From assembly GCF_006345805.1 (NCBI RefSeq), contig NW_021834512.1, positions 1-58,673 on the forward strand: a stretch of 58,673 nucleotides of DNA. The letters are read 5' to 3'. This stretch comes from Octopus sinensis (Eukaryota). The notes below the pieces were generated by a model. It saw nothing but the letters and a program-made list of their open reading frames with translations. It was not told the origin of the DNA and did no database searches. Made by a program: the position numbers and the translations under genes. Below, one piece after another: positions 51,761 to 58,673 of the stretch; the stretch's first letter is position 1, and every line of letters begins with the position of its first letter.

Positions 51761-53387
51761 TATTAATACACTCACAGACACACACATATATGTGTGTGTG
51801 TGTATATATGTATATATATATGTATATATATATATGTGTATATATATATATATAGTGCGAAACAATTGTACCAAATTACCGGAGTCATTCTTGTTGCTTA
51901 TTTTCGATCTATATATATATATATATATGTAAATATATATCTGCACATCTTTTTATGTATGCGTGTATGTATATTTAACATGTTTGGTGGAGACAGGAAA
52001 TATTCCACAAAATTTTTTTTAATTGCTCCTTTCGGTTGAAAATTATATTTGAAACCCCATCTTTATCCATGCAAAAGGAAAACAACAGACCTCAATTTAC
52101 ACTCTTCCACTTTGAAATTTCAGCCGGAGGGTCATTCATAAACAAGCAAGGGATGGGCTCAGAGGATTCCAAGCATTGTACAGACAAAAAGCCGTCTGAT
52201 ATTAAGTTTGATTGGTGTAGGTATATGATAGAATTTTATCTTGTTTGTTTTTTCTTAATTAATTAACATAAATAAGTAACTAATTAACATATATAGTTAT
52301 AAACTGATAGCTATACAGACAAATAGGTTTCTCTTGAAAAACGCATTTAACTTCTAAACAAATAAATATATAAACCAGCTTTAAATTAAAAAGATATATA
52401 AAAAAAAAATTCCAACTGGTCTCTTGTTTCAATATAACGATACTTGTTAAGGCGGTGAGCTGGATAATCTTTACATTCTGAGTTCAAATCCCGCCGAGGC
52501 TGCTTTTTATCTTTCATATTTCCGAGATCGATAAAATACGTACCAGGTAAGTACTAGGGTCGATATATATATATTTCTTTACTACCCACAAGGGGCTACA
52601 CACAGAGGGGACAAACAAGGACAGACAAACGGATTAAGTCGATTATATCGACCCTAGTGCGTAACTGGTACATAATTTATCGACCCCGAAAGGATGAAAG
52701 GCAAAGTCGACCTCGGTGGAATTTGAACTCAGAACATAACAGCAGACGAAATACCGCTAGGCATTTCGCCCGGCGTGCTAACGTTTCTGCCAGCTCGCCG
52801 CCTAGGGTCGATATAATCGACTTAACCCTCCCCCCAAATTGCTGGCATTGGTCTAAAATTTAGAACCAATAAACATTACTTGAGGCGGCAAGTGGTGGAG
52901 TCGTTAGCACGTCGGGGAAAATGTTTAGCGGCATTTCGCCCCTTTTTTATGTTCTGAGTTCAAATTTCACCGAGGCCATCTTCGCTTTCTTTACCCTGTC
53001 CCCCGAAATTGCTCGCCTTGTGCCAAAATAATTTAACAACACTTATTTGTTAATCATAGAAATACAGAAGTGGAGAAAATATAATCACATGATTTATTCA
53101 CTAAATTGTGGATAACGAAAACTGATAAAAGATGGTGAAATTCCTAGGATGGCGCAGCAGTTTTGATTCCTTCAGAACTGTGGCATCCAAGAAATTCGGA
53201 TGCTTTCGATTCAACTTCAAAATGATAATTCAAACAACATGTAGCAAGGCATGGCTGGGTGGTAAGAGACTTGCTTTTCAACCACATGGCACCTTGGGTA
53301 AGTGTCTTCTGCTACAGCCACGGGCCTGTCAAAGCCTTATGAGTGGATTTCGTAGACGGAAACTGAAAGGAGCCCGTCGTGTATCTG

Positions 53388-53447
<60 letters not shown>

Positions 53448-53470
53448 GCTATCTGTCTATCTGTCTGTCG

Positions 53471-53514
<44 letters not shown>

Positions 53515-53586
53515 GTCTGTCTGTCTCTGTCTCTGTCTCTCTGTCTCTCTCTCTCTTTCTCTCTCTCCCTCTATATATATATATAT

Positions 53587-53619
<33 letters not shown>

Positions 53620-53723
53620 ACGTGTGTGTGTGTGTGTGTGTGTCCATCACCACTGCTTGATAACTGACAACTGATGTTGGTGTGATTATGTCTCCGTAAC
53701 ATAGCGGTTCGGCAAGACAGACC
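51761..53723 (+). repeat. Derived copy of 39250-41238, lying inside the PLE 3' region
   Basis: Ends mid-SINE at GACAGACC, whereas the donor SINE continues intact. Confidence 0.92.
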
Positions 53724-55137
53724 TTCATCTCATGTTAAATTTTACCAAATTATATTTTTATCTTATTTTATTTTATTTTTATTTTTACTTTTATTTTTAC
53801 TTTTATCCTACCTCCATTTATTTTTATTTTTACTTTTATTCTACTTCCATTTATTCTCATTTTTATTTTCATCCCTTACCTTAACTCTTATAATTTTTAT
53901 AATTCTTATATTTCATTTCTAACTATTACATTGTATTTCTTATTTTTTATACTGTTTTTTTATTTCTAATTTTTACCCTTACCCACATTCTTACCCCTAA
54001 CTTATCGCTTTATACCTCTATATATGTTTATTTACTTACCTATAGATCCACTTTTTGACTATACGAGTGTGTATACGCATACATACATATGCACGCGCAT
54101 ATATGTACATGCATATTTCGATATCTTATAGCTATACCCATGTGCGCGTGTGTCTCTGTGTATGTGAGTGTATATGTGCACGCACATACGGACACACAGC
54201 CGTGTGTGCGTGCACGTATAGACATGAGTACGTGACTGTTTACATACGTTCTTATATACATCCTTTAATATCTTATATCTAGACCTAGAGGCGTGGGCAT
54301 ATACGTGTGTGTATGTAGGGATGGGCGCGTATGTACATGTGAGTGTGTACGCGTATAGTGTCCGTGTATGCATGCGGATATTCTGTTGTATGTATGTGTG
54401 TGTACGCGCGTGCGTGTGGGTGCGTGTGTGTTTATGTACATGTTTACACGCGAGTGCGTGTGTATGCTTATAGGCTTGGAGGCGTATATGTACGCGTGTA
54501 TGTGGGTGTATGTATCCATGATGATATGTATGTACTAGAAGTCCATTTAATTCAAGAAACCAGATTAAATGCTCATCAACTCTGATTTACAACACATTAG
54601 GTCCCCAGACGAAACTGTTGATTTACTGACAATTCTACAACTAAATTTTATCATCTCCTGACCACCATGCTTGGTCCGTAACCTCTATACATCCCTTATC
54701 TTTACATTCTTTTACATTTTTATCATGTTTTTATCATGTTTTTTACTCTTATTTCTATTTCTATTTTTACTTATAACCTTATGCCTTTACATTTACTTAT
54801 ATTTCTTTATATTTCTTTATATCCTTTATACCCCCTTTACATCTCTTATAACTCTTTATATCTTTATGCTCTACATTTTTATACTTTTCTATACTACACC
54901 TTTTATACATTTGTTATCCCTGGTCCCGAATTCTCGCCCCCTACATCTTCACGTCTATATATGTATTTATTTATTTACATTACCTCAACATCCAGTTTTC
55001 CTCATTCTACATTGAGAGAAGAAGGAGATGGACGCTTCAATTCTATGCTGCTGCCGCATTAGTCGTACGCGAATGAGAGGATTCGCATCCACAACCAAGA
55101 ATTTTTGATGTACACATGTCCTTGGAAGCTGTTGTGC

Positions 55138-55215
55138 GCGGCTGAAGAAGGCCACATACATACATTATGCATTGTTATAAATCTGTCTAATAAGGCCCGA
55201 AACATATGTACCTGC
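55138..55215 (+). ncRNA. Type I hammerhead ribozyme in the direct terminal repeat
   Basis: GCGG-CTGAAGA-A-GGCC...GGCC-C-GAAAC-ATAT-GTA-CC(T)GC; one extra T in stem I relative to the 48.7-kb copy. Confidence 0.72.
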
Positions 55216-55325
55216 TGAATCCTTCGCATCATTTTTTTATTTTATTTTGATCAATTTACTCCACCACCTACACCACCAAACGGTATACACAGGTGCTTAT
55301 AATTATCAAGTACTCACCCCGAATT

Positions 55326-55461
<136 letters not shown>

Positions 55462-55586
55462 CAACAATTGAGGAACGGCTATACTTGGCCGTTCGACCCA
55501 CTAGAAATAGCAGCCAGGGCTCCAACCGCAAATAGTAGTAATTCCGGAATCAGAGGAAAAATTAAAAAAACATTTACCCTGTTCTT

Positions 55587-55696
55587 CTTTAGACAATGCA
55601 TTGTTTCAGCGTTTTTTAATGGTAAACCAGCCTGATTAAATTAAATTAAACTTAATCAAGTCAATCTTCCAAAGGCCAACGCGTTCATCAGTAAAG
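55587..55696 (-). ncRNA. Type I hammerhead ribozyme (left arm)
   Basis: Reverse complement of 55790-55899. Confidence 0.8.
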
Positions 55697-55789
55697 GAGC
55701 CAGAAGGGACAGAAATTACACGAGGAGGCAACAGATATTACCGAGGCATGAAGGTAGCTGCCTCGTGTAATATCTGTCCCTTCTGGCTC

Positions 55790-55899
55790 CTTTACTGATG
55801 AACGCGTTGGCCTTCGGAAGATTGACTTGATTAAGTTTAATTTAATTTAATCAGGCTGGTTTACCATTAAAAAACGCTGAAACAATGCATTGTCTAAAG
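55790..55899 (+). ncRNA. Type I hammerhead ribozyme (right arm), canonical GUC site
   Basis: CTTTA-CTGATGA-A(C)GCGTT-(long stem-loop)-AACGCT-GAAAC-AATGCATT-GTC-TAAAG; stem III ACAATGCATTGT is a perfect palindrome. Confidence 0.82.
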
Positions 55900-56133
55900 A
55901 AGAACAGGGTAAATGTTTTTTTAATTTTTCCTCTGATTCCGGAATTACTACTATTTGCGGTTGGAGCCCTGGCTGCTATTTCTAGTGGGTCGAACGGCCA
56001 AGTATAGCCGTTCCTCAATTGTTGTTGAATTTATTAATAGTCTCTGACTATTTCCTCTTTCTCACTAGACCGCTGGTGGCAAAATAATTTCTATTGAATT
56101 TTTTGCTACCCTAATATTGATTTATATATATAT

Positions 56134-56164
<31 letters not shown>

Positions 56165-56389
56165 ATAAAGCAAAATGGGACAAGAACGCAAAACATCCGG
56201 ACAGTTAGGTGGTACAAAAACGGGACAACAAAACATCTAGATAGACGATACAAAGAAAACAAGGACGGGTCATTCGAAGTCTTCTTTCCTCAGTCAAGTA
56301 CCAGATTATCTTCGCAATTTCAGTTGATATGTATATATATATATATATATTATATATATATATATATATATAGATATATTATATACACA

Positions 56390-56520
56390 GTTGAAATGTT
56401 CAGGACAACAAAAGAGGAAGACAGGTGTATAAACAACAAACAAGTGTATTAGTTTGACGCTTGTGAAGGTGAGAAAGTCTTTTACGTTTCGAACCTACGC
56501 TCTTCAAATGAACACGAGAA
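56390..56520 (-). mobile_element. Second copy of the 7.1-kb repeat, hammerhead-like end decayed
   Basis: Minus strand ...A-GAGC-GTAG-GTTC-GAAAC-GTA-AAAG; upstream core lost. Confidence 0.45.
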
Positions 56521-56562
56521 AATAAACAGAGAGGATAAAAATACTATTGGAGTTAGCGGTTA

Positions 56563-56599
<37 letters not shown>

Positions 56600-56684
56600 T
56601 TAACATGCAATATATATACGTATGTGTTTCTATATACATACATATAAACATGTATATGTAATGTGTGTATATATGTATTATATA

Positions 56685-56744
<60 letters not shown>

Positions 56745-56764
56745 CCGTTCTTCTGATTATTACT

Positions 56765-56998
56765 AATACCCATTTCTTTTCTACCCACAAGGGGGCTAAA
56801 CACAGAGAGGACAAACAAGGACAGACAAACGTTAAGTCAATTATATCGACCCCAGTGCGTAACTGGTACTTATGTAATCGACCCCGAAAGGATGAAAGGC
56901 AAAGTCGACCTCGGCGGAATTTGAACTCAGAACGTAATGGCAGACGAAATACGGCTACGCATTTCGCCCGGTGTTCTAACGTTTCTGCCAGCTCGCAG
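56765..56998 (-). mobile_element. SINE family 2
   Basis: Full-length match to the family consensus. Confidence 0.9.
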
Positions 56999-57396
56999 CC
57001 CTTATTATTACTAATACCGTATATAGTATAGTCCACGAAGGAGTGATGTTCAATAAAATTATAGATGTGGAAAATCTCCGTTCATCTTGTTAATTATTAA
57101 TACTATTACTTACTCTGAGTGAAATTATGCAGCCCTGAATTGGACACTCGGATTTACAAAGCGAGAAAAATCAAATAAAATTCTTGGCTGTAATGGGGAC
57201 ACATCAGGCATAAGTAAAATTATATGCAAAAAGGAAAAATGTGTTACTTGATACGACAGAATTTTTTCTTCTGGCAACTGTGCATCTGTCTAATGAAATG
57301 GACGTGTTTAGGAAACATCACACCATTTTGAACTTCAAACAATTTAGCTGCTAAGGCGTTGTCTAGTGAGCAAACAGATATCATTTGTCAGCTGTA

Positions 57397-57980
57397 AGGC
57401 GGCGAGCTGGCAGAAACGTTAGCACGCCGGGCGAAATGCGTAGCCGTATTTCGTCTGCCGTTACGTTCTGAGTTCAAATTCTGCCGAGGTTGACTTTGCC
57501 TTTCGCCTTTGCCTTTCGCGGTCGATAAATTAAGTACCAGTTACTCACTGGGGTCGATATAATCGACTTAATCCATTTGTCTGTCCTTGTTTGTCCCCTC
57601 TGTGTTTAGCCCCTTGTGGTAGTAAAGAAATAGGTATTTCGTCTGCCGCTACGTTCTGAGTTCAAATTCCGCTGACGTCGACTTTGCCTTTCATCCTTTC
57701 GGGGTCGATAAATTAAGTACCAGTTACACACTGGGGTCAATATAATTGACTTGATCCGCTTGTCTGTCCTTGTCTGTCCTCACTGTGTTTAGCCCCTTGT
57801 GGGTAGTAAAGAAATAGATATTTCGTCTGTCTTTACGTCCTGAGTTCAAATTCCGCGGAGGTCGACTTTGTCTTTCATCCTTTCGGGGTCGATAAATTAA
57901 GTACCAGTTGCGTACTGGGGTCGATCTAATCGACTAGCCCCCTCCCCCAAAATTCGGGCTTGTACCTAGAGTAGAGAATA
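57397..57980 (+). mobile_element. SINE family 2 multimer (one head, three bodies)
   Basis: Bodies start at TATTTCGTCTG at 57447, 57635 and 57819; the last body has an alternative tail. Confidence 0.88.
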
Positions 57981-58533
57981 TTATATGTCAGTTGTCTATT
58001 AACCGCTTAAGCTTTATTTTTTCACACACGTGTTTTTGCTTTAAGTAGATTCAACTCCTGAACAAAATCAATTGGGCCCCGAAGACTGTACCCAAACTGC
58101 TCTGGCATCAAAATGCCCCTACTTTGATGTAATTGTAACGAAAATGAAACATCATTTCTCCAAAACCTGAAGTGAAAAAGTTTCTAGAAAAATCCTTTTC
58201 TTTCTTAATGAGGACATTAATCTATTTCATCACATTTATTTCCTACATTTTATATTTATAATTGTATTTTCCATGTAAATAGATTCAACAAACCTTTTGA
58301 ATTCTAAGAATCTCTGATTTCCTTCCTTTCAGATTAAGAAGGCAAATTAACCTCGACATACATAAATATATCTTGGGGTAACTGATTAAAAAATGTTCCC
58401 CGATCCCTGTACTAGAGTCTAACAGCTTACTGCTAGCTTTGGTATCAATAACATTCGCTGTGTTAGCCGGCATATAAAACCTATTTGAAAGGAAACGTTA
58501 ACCTCCAGGATTACTTATCTCTTGGAATCATTT

Positions 58534-58537
<4 letters not shown>

Positions 58538-58609
<72 letters not shown>

Positions 58610-58642
58610 TAAAATATATATATATATATTATATATATATAT

Positions 58643-58673
<31 letters not shown>
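58538..58673. repeat. (TA)n microsatellite
   Basis: Directly visible. Confidence 0.97.

Noticed and set aside
56255-56300. CTGAGGA...CGAA motif on the minus strand
   Set aside because: Stem I does not pair and the stem III geometry is wrong.
58285-58490. Possible small host exon (acceptor-like TTCCTTTCAG at ~58332 on +, or TTTCAAATAG on -)
   Set aside because: Short, no recognisable protein similarity and no partner exons; needs RNA-seq.

Overview
AT-rich, microsatellite-dense animal genomic DNA. The SINE families look like octopus/cephalopod repeats (recalled, not database-checked). No host protein-coding gene can be supported; almost everything recognisable is retroelement-derived. (1) 13.7-33.9 kb is a ~20-kb head-to-tail array of ten Tx1/L1-clade LINE copies from two related families. 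All are on the minus strand and every junction sits in (GATA)n. The array includes a 3x tandem ~3.1-kb dimer and two near-full-length copies (APE-RT-CCHC ORF2; CCHC ORF1). (2) A Penelope-like element (PLE)/hammerhead system recurs at several scales. Examples are an RT + GIY-YIG element with an inverted terminal repeat (48.7-55.3 kb) that contains a 2-kb copy of nearby genomic DNA, an older relic with the same layout (4.7-6.6 kb), a 5.4-kb palindrome (42.7-48.1 kb) and a near-perfect 567-bp palindrome (55.46-56.03 kb). The 48.7-55.3 kb element and both palindromes carry a type I hammerhead ribozyme in each arm, reading outwards, with self-complementary stem III; the 4.7-6.6 kb relic retains one, in its direct repeat. 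(3) R4/Dong-like restriction-endonuclease LINE pieces are stacked in trinucleotide repeats (8.3-12.1 kb). (4) There are RTE, RLE-LINE and mariner relics and three tRNA-derived SINE families; one SINE shares its 3' tail with the GATA-targeting Tx1 LINE. Frequent single-base indels in homopolymers suggest long-read consensus errors, so frameshifts, copy numbers and palindromes need read-level confirmation.
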